DNA of 42,326 nt, from contig JBHHXN010000025.1 of assembly GCA_046757025.1 (NCBI GenBank), positions 1-42,326 of the forward strand, in the 5' to 3' direction. Both the position numbers and the translations under genes were made by a program. Position 1 is the stretch's first letter, and each line of letters starts with the position of its first letter. The notes beneath the pieces are model-generated. The model had not been told where the DNA came from, ran no database searches, and saw only the letters and a program-made list of their open reading frames with translations. This document shows, piece by piece, positions 29,366 through 37,089 of the stretch. This stretch comes from a bacterium. GTDB lineage: Bacteria; Zhuqueibacterota; Zhuqueibacteria; Oceanimicrobiales; Oceanimicrobiaceae.

Positions 29366-29980
29366 TCAATTTTGAAAAGACTGAAGTTTTTTCCGCGCAT
29401 CTTCCGAAAGAATCCCCTGAAAAAGGGTTTTAATAATCTCTTGGAAGGCCTCGGCCGCCGAGAACGGCATCTCAGCCAACACTTCTGGATGGATGATATT
29501 TTGAACCGCATTAAAATAAATCAAAACCACCAGATGGTGGTTGACATCCGCGCGAAATTCGCCTTTTTTGATGCCTTCTTCTATCAGCTTGGTAAAATTG
29601 GTAAAGATCATCTCTTTTCTGAAATTTTCGATCTTTGTCCAGATTTGCGGGGCGTTTTTTTGCATTTCACGTAAAAAGGGCCGTTTCAAAAATTTCGAGA
29701 TTTTTTCACCCATGAAAGCCATCAGTGCAGCAAGTTTCTGGGAAAACTCCAGTTCCTCGTCATAGAGGATTTTCTCGCAGCCGCTACGAATTTCAATCAG
29801 AGTGAGCTCCACAATTGCGTCTAATAATTTATTTTTTTGCGAAAAATATTTGTAGAGGGTTTTTTTGCTGATACCCAACTCCGAAGCGATTTCCTCGGTG
29901 GTGACTTTTTTATAGCCGATATTTAAAAACTGATTGCGGGCGGTTTCTAAAATGCGGTTTTTCATTTGCTCATCTGACAT
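29366..29980 (-). CDS. TetR/AcrR-family transcriptional regulator
   Basis: N-terminal HTH GYKKVTTEEIASELGISKKTLYKYF. Confidence 0.95.
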   Translation of the reverse strand: MSDEQMKNRILETARNQFLNIGYKKVTTEEIASELGISKKTLYKYFSQKNKLLDAIVELTLIEIRSGCEKILYDEELEFSQKLAALMAFMGEKISKFLKRPFLREMQKNAPQIWTKIENFRKEMIFTNFTKLIEEGIKKGEFRADVNHHLVVLIYFNAVQNIIHPEVLAEMPFSAAEAFQEIIKTLFQGILSEDARKKLQSFQN

Positions 29981-29992
29981 CGAAATGCTCTT

Positions 29993-30024
29993 TTGGAAAC
30001 TTATTTAGTTTTTATAGTTTCCAA
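29993..30024. promoter_or_regulatory. Putative TetR operator
   Basis: Perfect 9 bp inverted repeat TTGGAAACT-N14-AGTTTCCAA overlapping the -10 element and start site. Confidence 0.65.
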
Positions 30025-30051
30025 TATACTAAAGCAAAATCTTATTGTCAA
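30023..30051 (-). promoter_or_regulatory. Sigma70 promoter of the efflux operon
   Basis: Minus strand TTGACA, 17 bp, TATATT. Confidence 0.7.
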
Positions 30052-30135
30052 GAAAATTTTTGGGGCTCTTTTTTTGATTAGATGAACTTAAAAAATTTCA
30101 TTCAGTAAATATGAGGCATTTGACATATGTGGGAT

Positions 30136-30171
30136 TCTGCCTGACCGCAAAAAAGTCAGCGGTCAGACAGA
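30136..30171 (-). terminator. Possible hairpin terminator after the OmpA-domain gene
   Basis: TCTGCCTGACCGC...GCGGTCAGACAGA stem; no clear U-tract. Confidence 0.35.
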
Positions 30172-30198
30172 CCGTTCTCAATTATTCAGGATATACTG

Positions 30199-31368
30199 TC
30201 ATTTACCGGTGAGTTTAGGGGAATCTTTATTAATGAGCCAGACTGCCACATTTTGGACATATTTGGCGGTTCCAGCATTGTCCCATTTTTCATCGTAGAG
30301 ACGGGTAAAACCACCATCGATAATTGCGCGCTTGCCTAATTTGTCATAAATTGCCGCTACAAGGTTGTTTCCTGACCCATAAATCAAAGGTTGCAAATCC
30401 GGATGGTCAACGATCGTCGCAATCGTGATGCCTTCGTAAAGAAAATTGACGCCGGTCATTATTTTATGAGCGACAAATCCAGGTCCGCCATTCGTGGCTC
30501 GGCGGCTAACCACTTGATTGCCTAAAACATCTCCATACATGGAAATTTGAAATAAAGATTCAGTGACATAATTTGCATCCTCGAAAAAGGGCTCATTATC
30601 TCCCAAAATGTAAAGACCGTGACCCGCATCAAAAAATCGTCTGATTCTCTGGAGGTGGAAATCACTTAGATGTCTTGTCTCATCAGAAATTATCCAAAGT
30701 TGACTAACTTCATTTAAAACGGAATCAAATTCAGCCAAATTTGGAGTGTAGGTCCAGTGGTGAACCGTGAATCCTTGTTCAGTCATTGCTTTATTGAGTA
30801 GAGTTAAATCCACATTTTCATTATGAGTTTCCCCAGTATATAATTGCAGAATCGCTATCGCATAGCTGCTATCTTTCGGCAGCACCAGCGCCTGGTCGAT
30901 GTAATTAAAGTGTTTATCGACAATGGCGAATTCCGCTCTGCGGTTTTTTGCCCAGGCTGCCGGCGTTTGCGCGAAATCCAGAGGCTTTTGTTTACCAAAA
31001 CTGACCACCCGTATTCGGTTTGCCGCGATACCGGCGTGGAGCAAATATCTGCGCACGGCCTCTGCCCGGCGTTTTCCAAGTGCGACATTGTAATCGGCAC
31101 TTCCGCGTTCATCTGTGTGACCTTCAATCAAGATATTCAAATCTGGAGTCGCTTTAAGTTTTTTTACGTTTTCATCCAGGACCGATTTTGATTCAGAGCT
31201 GAGTTCGTGACTATCATAATCAAAATAAACCCGTACCAAGTGTGTGGTTTGCTGTTCCTGGCTTAAGGCGCTTGTGTGTGCAAAAACCGACACAAATAAC
31301 AAAAATGATAACAGTGCCAACCAGATAATTTCATTCCCCTGAGACGTTTTTAAAATTTTCGTATTCAT
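30199..31368 (-). CDS. Exported OmpA/Pal-like peptidoglycan-binding domain fused to an uncharacterised alpha/beta domain
   Basis: VYFDYDS, IEGHTDERGS..YN..LGKRRA, VSFGK, NRRAEF; then about 230 aa containing QLWIIS, GLYILGDN, DGGFTRLY; GGAGG before ATG 31368. Confidence 0.8.
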   Translation of the reverse strand: MNTKILKTSQGNEIIWLALLSFLLFVSVFAHTSALSQEQQTTHLVRVYFDYDSHELSSESKSVLDENVKKLKATPDLNILIEGHTDERGSADYNVALGKRRAEAVRRYLLHAGIAANRIRVVSFGKQKPLDFAQTPAAWAKNRRAEFAIVDKHFNYIDQALVLPKDSSYAIAILQLYTGETHNENVDLTLLNKAMTEQGFTVHHWTYTPNLAEFDSVLNEVSQLWIISDETRHLSDFHLQRIRRFFDAGHGLYILGDNEPFFEDANYVTESLFQISMYGDVLGNQVVSRRATNGGPGFVAHKIMTGVNFLYEGITIATIVDHPDLQPLIYGSGNNLVAAIYDKLGKRAIIDGGFTRLYDEKWDNAGTAKYVQNVAVWLINKDSPKLTGK

Positions 31369-31585
31369 AAAATCCTCCATTTATTTATTTTCTGTTGCTA
31401 CTAACATTATTTGAGACCACAAGAATTTCTTGTAAAAATTTTCAGATTCCCTGTTGCAATTTGATTTGAACCGTTTTTATCTCACCCCGATTATCAGTTT
31501 GAACAGTCCTCTTTAAAAAACTTTGGATATTATCGTTCGTTCATGATGATGCACATACCCAATTGGCAGGATGAATTTATCTAAT

Positions 31586-31733
31586 TAGTGATTGACCGAA
31601 AACGAGTGTCTTCATGCTGAGCGGAGTCGAAGCATGACGTAAAAACAACAGCTTATCACCCTTCGACGCAGTTTATCCTGAGCTTGTCGAAGGGCTCAGG
31701 GTGAAGAAATATGGACTTTTCGGTCAATCACTA
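31586..31733. mobile_element. MITE/REPIN-like palindromic element, family A, copy 2 (148 bp)
   Basis: Same sequence as 19679-19803 plus a 23 bp insertion; the inverted repeat extends to a perfect 21 bp TAATTAGTGATTGACCGAAAA (31582-31737). Confidence 0.85.
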
Positions 31734-31807
31734 ATTAATTTGAGTAATTTCTACAAAGACAATCAGATTTTGTAAAATAAATTTTCTAAGAATCTTAAGA
31801 AAAGAAA

Positions 31808-31837
31808 AAGCGGTTACTCCTCCGACTTCAACGGCTT
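31808..31837 (-). terminator. Possible intrinsic terminator of the motor operon
   Basis: Imperfect stem AAGCCGTT...AACCGCTT followed by a T-rich run on the minus strand, just after the motB stop. Confidence 0.4.
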
Positions 31838-31865
31838 AGAGACAACAAGAAATACTGAAAAAAGA

Positions 31866-32501
31866 TCAGCGAATCAGCAGGCTCACCCGCCGATTTTCCA
31901 GCAGGCCGCGGTTGTCAGGGGATTCTTGTTTTTTGAGGCGGGTATCCGCATAGCCGACGGCCACAAAACGGTTAGACGCCAGACCCGATTTCAACAAATA
32001 TCGAATCACACTGGCTGAGCGTGCGGAAGAGAGCTCCCAGTTGGTGGGATAGATGGCGTTTTTTATGGGTACGGTATCGGTATGGCCCTCAACCAGGATG
32101 CCCCTCTCCGACACTTCGGGGGCTTTTAAAATATCAGCCAACGCTTTCAAAATGGCAAAGGATTTTGGTTTCAAATCCGCCTTGCCGGAATCAAAAAGCA
32201 GATTGTCCTGAAAATTCACCAGCAGCCCATCCGGAGTCAGCACCACATCCATACTCTCTTCTAAATTGTGGGTTTGAATCAGTTCCTTAAATTGGGTTTC
32301 CAGAACGTGCAGGGGCGTGGCTTGCCTTTTATTGAAATAGTGCATAATCATTTCAAACTTAGTTTGGTCGATCTGGGAGATGGCAAAAAACAAAACAAAA
32401 AAAGCCAGCAGCAAAGTCACCATGTCGCTGTAAGACAACAGCCAAGGCTGCGACTCCTTCGTGGGTGTGAAGTTGAATTGCTCGGGAAACTTAATTTCCA
32501 T
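31866..32501 (-). CDS. motB: MotB/PomB-family stator subunit
   Basis: WLLSYSDMVTLLLAFFVLFFAIS with the essential Asp; plug-like helix; OmpA-like domain LFDSG, VEGHTD, NWELSSARS, GYAD, NRRV. Confidence 0.92.
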   Translation of the reverse strand: MEIKFPEQFNFTPTKESQPWLLSYSDMVTLLLAFFVLFFAISQIDQTKFEMIMHYFNKRQATPLHVLETQFKELIQTHNLEESMDVVLTPDGLLVNFQDNLLFDSGKADLKPKSFAILKALADILKAPEVSERGILVEGHTDTVPIKNAIYPTNWELSSARSASVIRYLLKSGLASNRFVAVGYADTRLKKQESPDNRGLLENRRVSLLIR

Positions 32502-32504
32502 CGC

Positions 32505-33326
32505 TCACTCTAACACTTTCACTTCGTTTCGTTGCACCGGATAAACCTCCCGGCGGTTTTTTTTAATGACCTTTCTCCGGCTGGCGGCAGCGAGATAAGC
32601 GGACAATTTATCTCGTGCATAAACGTAGTTGCGTTTTTCATAGAGCATCAAAACCATGTCCAACTGCATGGTTTCGATCAGCAGATTGTTTTCCGCACGT
32701 TCCTTGATCTTTTCTGAAATTGGCAAGAAAACGATATTCGCCAGTACCAAACCGTAAAAAGTGGTTGTCAACGCGATGGCCAATCCCATGCCCACTTGCG
32801 CCGGCTGGCTCTGCAGGGTGATGAGCATATTGATCAAGCCGATCAAGGTTCCGATCATCCCAAAGGCTGGCGAAATTCTGGCCATGGCGCCAAACAATTG
32901 GTGCTGCTTCATTTCACGCTTTACCTGCCAGCGGATTTGGTCTTCCAAAATTTTGCGGGTCTCTTCCACAGAATAGCCGTTGGAGAGCATCAAAATGCCA
33001 TCGGTGAAAATCCACAATCCTTTCAATTTTTTAATTTGATCTAATAGCGCGCCCACGCCTTCGCGCTGGTAAACCCGCAAAGCCCTCACCATTTTGTCGA
33101 TGGCGGCCGGGTAATTATGTGCACCGGATCGAAATATCACAAAGTAAGCTTTGAAAGCACGTAACACTTCCTGAATGGGATAGGAAACAAACGTCGAAGC
33201 GATGGTGCCGCCAATTACGATGGCCAGACCCTGCCAATTCACAAAAACTTCATGGGGCGCGGCGCCTGAAATAATCCCCACGCTGACCAGCGCAATTCCG
33301 ATTAAAAATCCCAAAAAAGTCAACAT
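32505..33326 (-). CDS. motA: MotA/PomA-family stator subunit
   Basis: Four TM helices; IVIGGT; PAFGMIGTLIGL; ALTTTFYG...ANIVFLP. Confidence 0.92.
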   Translation of the reverse strand: MLTFLGFLIGIALVSVGIISGAAPHEVFVNWQGLAIVIGGTIASTFVSYPIQEVLRAFKAYFVIFRSGAHNYPAAIDKMVRALRVYQREGVGALLDQIKKLKGLWIFTDGILMLSNGYSVEETRKILEDQIRWQVKREMKQHQLFGAMARISPAFGMIGTLIGLINMLITLQSQPAQVGMGLAIALTTTFYGLVLANIVFLPISEKIKERAENNLLIETMQLDMVLMLYEKRNYVYARDKLSAYLAAASRRKVIKKNRREVYPVQRNEVKVLE

Positions 33327-33349
33327 CGTGCCGTCCTTTTACACCAATT

Positions 33350-34033
33350 TCAATTTTTGTAGCGCAGCACCAACTGGCGGACTTCGTCCAGATCCGGCCG
33401 AATTTTCAGGGCGTTTTCCCAAGCATGGATGGCCGCGTCGATATCGCCGTTGTAGTAATATATGGAGCCGCCCAGAGCGTAAGCCGTGGCCGTCGGTTTT
33501 TTCTGCAAGGAGGCTTGCAGAGTCTTCAAAGCCGCTTCGTACTCCTGCTGGTAAAACAGTTTTTGCGCCAAATTGATATCCTGAATGATATCGTCTGTCA
33601 ATTGCTCGGAATTTTTGTGCAGGGTGTCCTCAAAATCGAGCGGTAAATTATTAGTTAAATCGGCATCGCCATCCCGGTAAATGGTGGAATCGCCCTGCTG
33701 GATTTGGATGGAGCCGGTTTTTGCGCGTGTTAGATTAAGCGTCAAATCCGTAGCCAGGGGATCCAGCACCAGCTCCACTTCGGTGTCATTTTGTTGAAAT
33801 TTAATGATCAGGTACGGATAATCCATGGTGCGTTTCAAATTGCGGTTCTGCAGCCGGGTGGTCACCTGGTTCCTGTAGAGCGAATCCGTTTCACTGCTGG
33901 TTCGAGACAATTCGTCGGAATTTTTAATTTGCGCCGGCGGCGTACACCTCCAGAAAAGGCTGGCCAAACCGCTCATCGCAATCAAGCAGAGAAGACTCCA
34001 GAGAACTCGGATATTTTTCTTTTTATTGCACAT
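33350..34033 (-). CDS. Putative lipoprotein with C-terminal TPR repeats
   Basis: Basic N-terminus, hydrophobic stretch and Cys (SLFWRC); TPR helices AQKLFYQQEYEAA...AYALGGSIYY...WENALKIRP. Confidence 0.75.
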   Translation of the reverse strand: MCNKKKNIRVLWSLLCLIAMSGLASLFWRCTPPAQIKNSDELSRTSSETDSLYRNQVTTRLQNRNLKRTMDYPYLIIKFQQNDTEVELVLDPLATDLTLNLTRAKTGSIQIQQGDSTIYRDGDADLTNNLPLDFEDTLHKNSEQLTDDIIQDINLAQKLFYQQEYEAALKTLQASLQKKPTATAYALGGSIYYYNGDIDAAIHAWENALKIRPDLDEVRQLVLRYKN

Positions 34034-34068
34034 CGTCTGTGTACCAAATGCTTAATTTGTAAAATTCG

Positions 34069-35205
34069 TTAAAGAGTATAATTTAAAAACAAAAACTCAT
34101 AGTGGAGACCGTTCACTCGCAGACGTACACTTTCGCCGGTGGCCATCACTTCGCGGGAATCAAACTCCGAACCAAAAATCACTGAGATGCCGGTAGAAAT
34201 GGAAAAATGGGAATTGATATCGGTGCGCAAACCCAGCCCGATGCCGGTGAAATCCGGCATTTTCACCGCAAAATAACGCGTTAGAGCGAAATAAACGGAC
34301 AGCCAGTCGCCTGCCGGATTATTTGTATTTTCAGCGATGGTCGAAAATAGCAACGAACGAATATTAAATGAATTGGGTTCCGCCAGGCGCAAACCGTTGC
34401 TGGAATTGGCGTAAAAAGAACGGCCCACAAATCGCGTGTCGCGCAATTTTACGCCGCCGGTTAAAAAAGACAGTCCGAAACGCAATTCATAGCGCAATCG
34501 ACTTTTTGGAGTGAGATACTGATACACACCCAGATAAATGGTGTAATTGGTGAGTCGGTTGCTGAAATCGGGATGACGCAGGGAATCGGCGGCGGGGTCA
34601 AATTCCATTTGAAAAATCTCCATGCCGGCATTCAGGCTTTTGTACAACGGATTCAACGACGGCAAGCGCATATCTTGCTGATAGGCCGAATACGATTTCG
34701 CCCACAAAACTTCGTTGGTGCCGGTGCGGTTCAAGCGCAGATCCAGGAAAAGCGCTTTTCCCGGCACATAAACTAAATTGCCTTCGAGAAAGCCGTCCAC
34801 CCGCAGTTTGCGTCCCACCAGCCAGAGTTCATCCGGAGATGGCAGGGCGTTGATGATGGAAAAGCTGGTGTCGTTGGCGGTAATTTTCAGGCGATTCAGC
34901 TCGGGCAACGCAACCACCGACGGGGTCCCCAGCGAGCGCAGCAGCTCCACCAACCGATTTTCGAAGTGCTCGCGCAAAGGCGCCGGGATATATTTACTGT
35001 CGGTCTTGATGCGATAGACCGCAATGCGCTTCAGTTTAGAATCGATTTCAGACAGGTCGACGGGAATTTGCTGAAAAATTTCCTCCATGAGTTTGACCAC
35101 CTTTTCGCTCTCCTCCGCCTGGGTTTGCGCCTGCAGCAAACGACCACCGAAAGTGGCCAGCATTATCAATAATAAAATCAAATGGGATTTTTTCATGATA
35201 GTCAA
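34069..35205 (-). CDS. Exported protein: CsgG/TolB-N/FlgO-like alpha/beta domain plus a probable beta-barrel
   Basis: Signal peptide ending LQA; RIAV...VGRKLRVDGFLEG...LDLRL...EVLWAKSY pattern; C-terminal amphipathic strands ending YEFLFLNYTL. Confidence 0.6.
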   Translation of the reverse strand: MTIMKKSHLILLLIMLATFGGRLLQAQTQAEESEKVVKLMEEIFQQIPVDLSEIDSKLKRIAVYRIKTDSKYIPAPLREHFENRLVELLRSLGTPSVVALPELNRLKITANDTSFSIINALPSPDELWLVGRKLRVDGFLEGNLVYVPGKALFLDLRLNRTGTNEVLWAKSYSAYQQDMRLPSLNPLYKSLNAGMEIFQMEFDPAADSLRHPDFSNRLTNYTIYLGVYQYLTPKSRLRYELRFGLSFLTGGVKLRDTRFVGRSFYANSSNGLRLAEPNSFNIRSLLFSTIAENTNNPAGDWLSVYFALTRYFAVKMPDFTGIGLGLRTDINSHFSISTGISVIFGSEFDSREVMATGESVRLRVNGLHYEFLFLNYTL

Positions 35206-35232
35206 AATTTGTTTTAATGAAATCGGGTCATT

Positions 35233-37023
35233 TCAAGACTGTTGGCTGCGCACCGAACGCATCAAAGCTCGGCGGGCTTGCGTGATCTCGCTCTCGGGAA
35301 GATCATGATGTTGTTCAAGGCTCGCACGAACCATCTCGCCTAATTTTTCCGGCAAGGCATTGATTATTTTTTCTACGGCTTTTTCATCCACACTCACCAG
35401 CGATTTGGCCAGGGTTTCCCGATCTAAATTGAGGGCAAGTTCACGGATTTTCTCATTAGGAACATGCAGCAATTGATTGAAGGTCATAAACCGCTGGTTG
35501 ACTTTTTCCGCCAGCCTGACATCCTGCGTTTGCAGATAGCTGAGCGTTTCATCCTGCGTCTTCTCGTCCAAATGCTCCAGTACCTTGACCATGGCGTCCA
35601 CGCCGTTGGCCGTCACATAACGCATTTTTTTCAGCTCGCCTGCTCGCGCAGATAACCGCCGAGCGATGTGCTGATACACATCCATCGGGATGCGCTCGAT
35701 GTTGGCCATGGCCGCCAGAACCGCCTTCTTTTGCTCTGGTTCCATAGTGCTCAATATTTTTGCCGCTCGATTCGAACGCACGTGCGCTAAAACAATCGCC
35801 ATCACTCCGTACTTCAGCGGCTTGATCAAATGCAGCAGTTGGTTATCGCTCAGTTGATTGAGGAACGACAGCACATCGCCTGCGCTTTCCTTTTCACTGG
35901 CGGTGAGATAATGGCGGCGTAAATCCTCTTCAAACTGCTTTAGTAAGCGACCTGCGGATTCTTCGAGATCGCGCTTTTGCAATTCGGTCATTTTTTGACG
36001 AATATTGTTTGTGCTTTCTTTCCCGAGATGCGGCGCCAGCAATTCGATGAGTGAGTTGGAAATGGACGACAGCAGAATAGCCGCCTCTCGGCAGCCCTGC
36101 TCTTCTCTTTCTTCAATCCATTGATTGAGCACGTTGGCTGAAGTCGCTGGTGTGCCGACCATCGCTTCGAGCGCGGTGGACTTCCATCGCATGAGCTCGG
36201 TGATGTTCTCAACTTTTACTTTGTCGTGCTCTGGCGTTTTCGGCTCCACCGGGATCGACGGTGACGGTTCAGATGGGGCGGTCGTGGATTCCTTGCTAAC
36301 GGCTCTCGATTTTTTTGAAATAAACCGAAAACCTAACAAAAACAAGCCAAGCAGTAATAAAAATAAAATGCCGGCAAACCCGTAGGGACGCCAATCAAAT
36401 CCGGCTGATTTTTCTTCCGCCGGATTTTGCTGTGGCGGTATTTCGGGTTTTGGTTCGATTGGTCGAGGCGGCTTGTCTAAATAATTGGCTCTCACCGGAA
36501 AAGTCATTCTTTCAATGCGCACCTGATCGCCGCGGCCGGCCTCCAGATCCGAATGCATGGAGATGAACCGTCGTATAAACGACCAGTCATTTTCAGTGAG
36601 ACTTTCATCCACCAGCACCTCTACACGAATTTGTTGAACATCATAGTCGTTCGAAAGCGACAACCGACTGGTGGGCGGTTGACGAAGATCATTTTTTTCG
36701 ATTTCGGTTTCGTTGTCTGGAAGATAGGGTAAACCCGGCAAATTGGTGATGTCCTTTTTCAGCAGGGCCTCCGGTAATTGCGGCAGCTCCTTTTGCGGTA
36801 CAACTTTTTTCAACCTCACACGCGCTTTGATGACGAATTTCGATTCCGGATAATAAGTCAAAAGCGCAGACTGCAAATTCCAGGTTAAATTGGCGGCCAT
36901 GGTGCGCTCGAGTTCAGCAATCTTCAGCTCTGAAATCAGCCCCTGTCCGACGCTCTGCCCGGCAAAAAGCGGAATTGCAAAAATTACCAGAATAATTTCA
37001 ATCCGACGAGTGAGCAAGTTCAT
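35233..37023 (-). CDS. FliF(RBM3/tail)-FliG fusion rotor-like protein
   Basis: Signal-like N-terminus; IRVEVLVD...RGDQVRIERMTF (FliF RBM3-like); TM; PATSANVLNQWI (FliF tail-like); EAAILL (FliG-N); MAIVLAHV...AAKIL (FliG-M); GVDAMVKVL...LAEKVNQRFMTF...TLAKSL (FliG-C). Confidence 0.8.
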   Translation of the reverse strand: MNLLTRRIEIILVIFAIPLFAGQSVGQGLISELKIAELERTMAANLTWNLQSALLTYYPESKFVIKARVRLKKVVPQKELPQLPEALLKKDITNLPGLPYLPDNETEIEKNDLRQPPTSRLSLSNDYDVQQIRVEVLVDESLTENDWSFIRRFISMHSDLEAGRGDQVRIERMTFPVRANYLDKPPRPIEPKPEIPPQQNPAEEKSAGFDWRPYGFAGILFLLLLGLFLLGFRFISKKSRAVSKESTTAPSEPSPSIPVEPKTPEHDKVKVENITELMRWKSTALEAMVGTPATSANVLNQWIEEREEQGCREAAILLSSISNSLIELLAPHLGKESTNNIRQKMTELQKRDLEESAGRLLKQFEEDLRRHYLTASEKESAGDVLSFLNQLSDNQLLHLIKPLKYGVMAIVLAHVRSNRAAKILSTMEPEQKKAVLAAMANIERIPMDVYQHIARRLSARAGELKKMRYVTANGVDAMVKVLEHLDEKTQDETLSYLQTQDVRLAEKVNQRFMTFNQLLHVPNEKIRELALNLDRETLAKSLVSVDEKAVEKIINALPEKLGEMVRASLEQHHDLPESEITQARRALMRSVRSQQS

Positions 37024-37089
37024 GGTGATTTTTTAAATAATTGAACACGTTGTACGTATATCCAGTTAACCCTGCCATCATCCAATATG

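Noticed and set aside
30199..31368. Canonical pal gene
   Set aside because: No lipobox cysteine, an extra C-terminal domain, and no tolB/tolA neighbours.
31866..33326. Zorya (ZorAB) anti-phage system or ExbBD/TolQR
   Set aside because: The A subunit is only 273 aa with no long ZorA tail, and there is no ZorC/D/E. The B subunit has a MotB-type TM and OmpA-like domain, unlike ExbD/TolR. A FliG-like partner is present.
31866..37023. Ordinary flagellar gene cluster
   Set aside because: No fliE/fliH/fliI around the fliF-fliG-like gene, no rod, hook or export genes, and two non-flagellar genes are interposed. A flagellum elsewhere in the genome cannot be excluded from this window.
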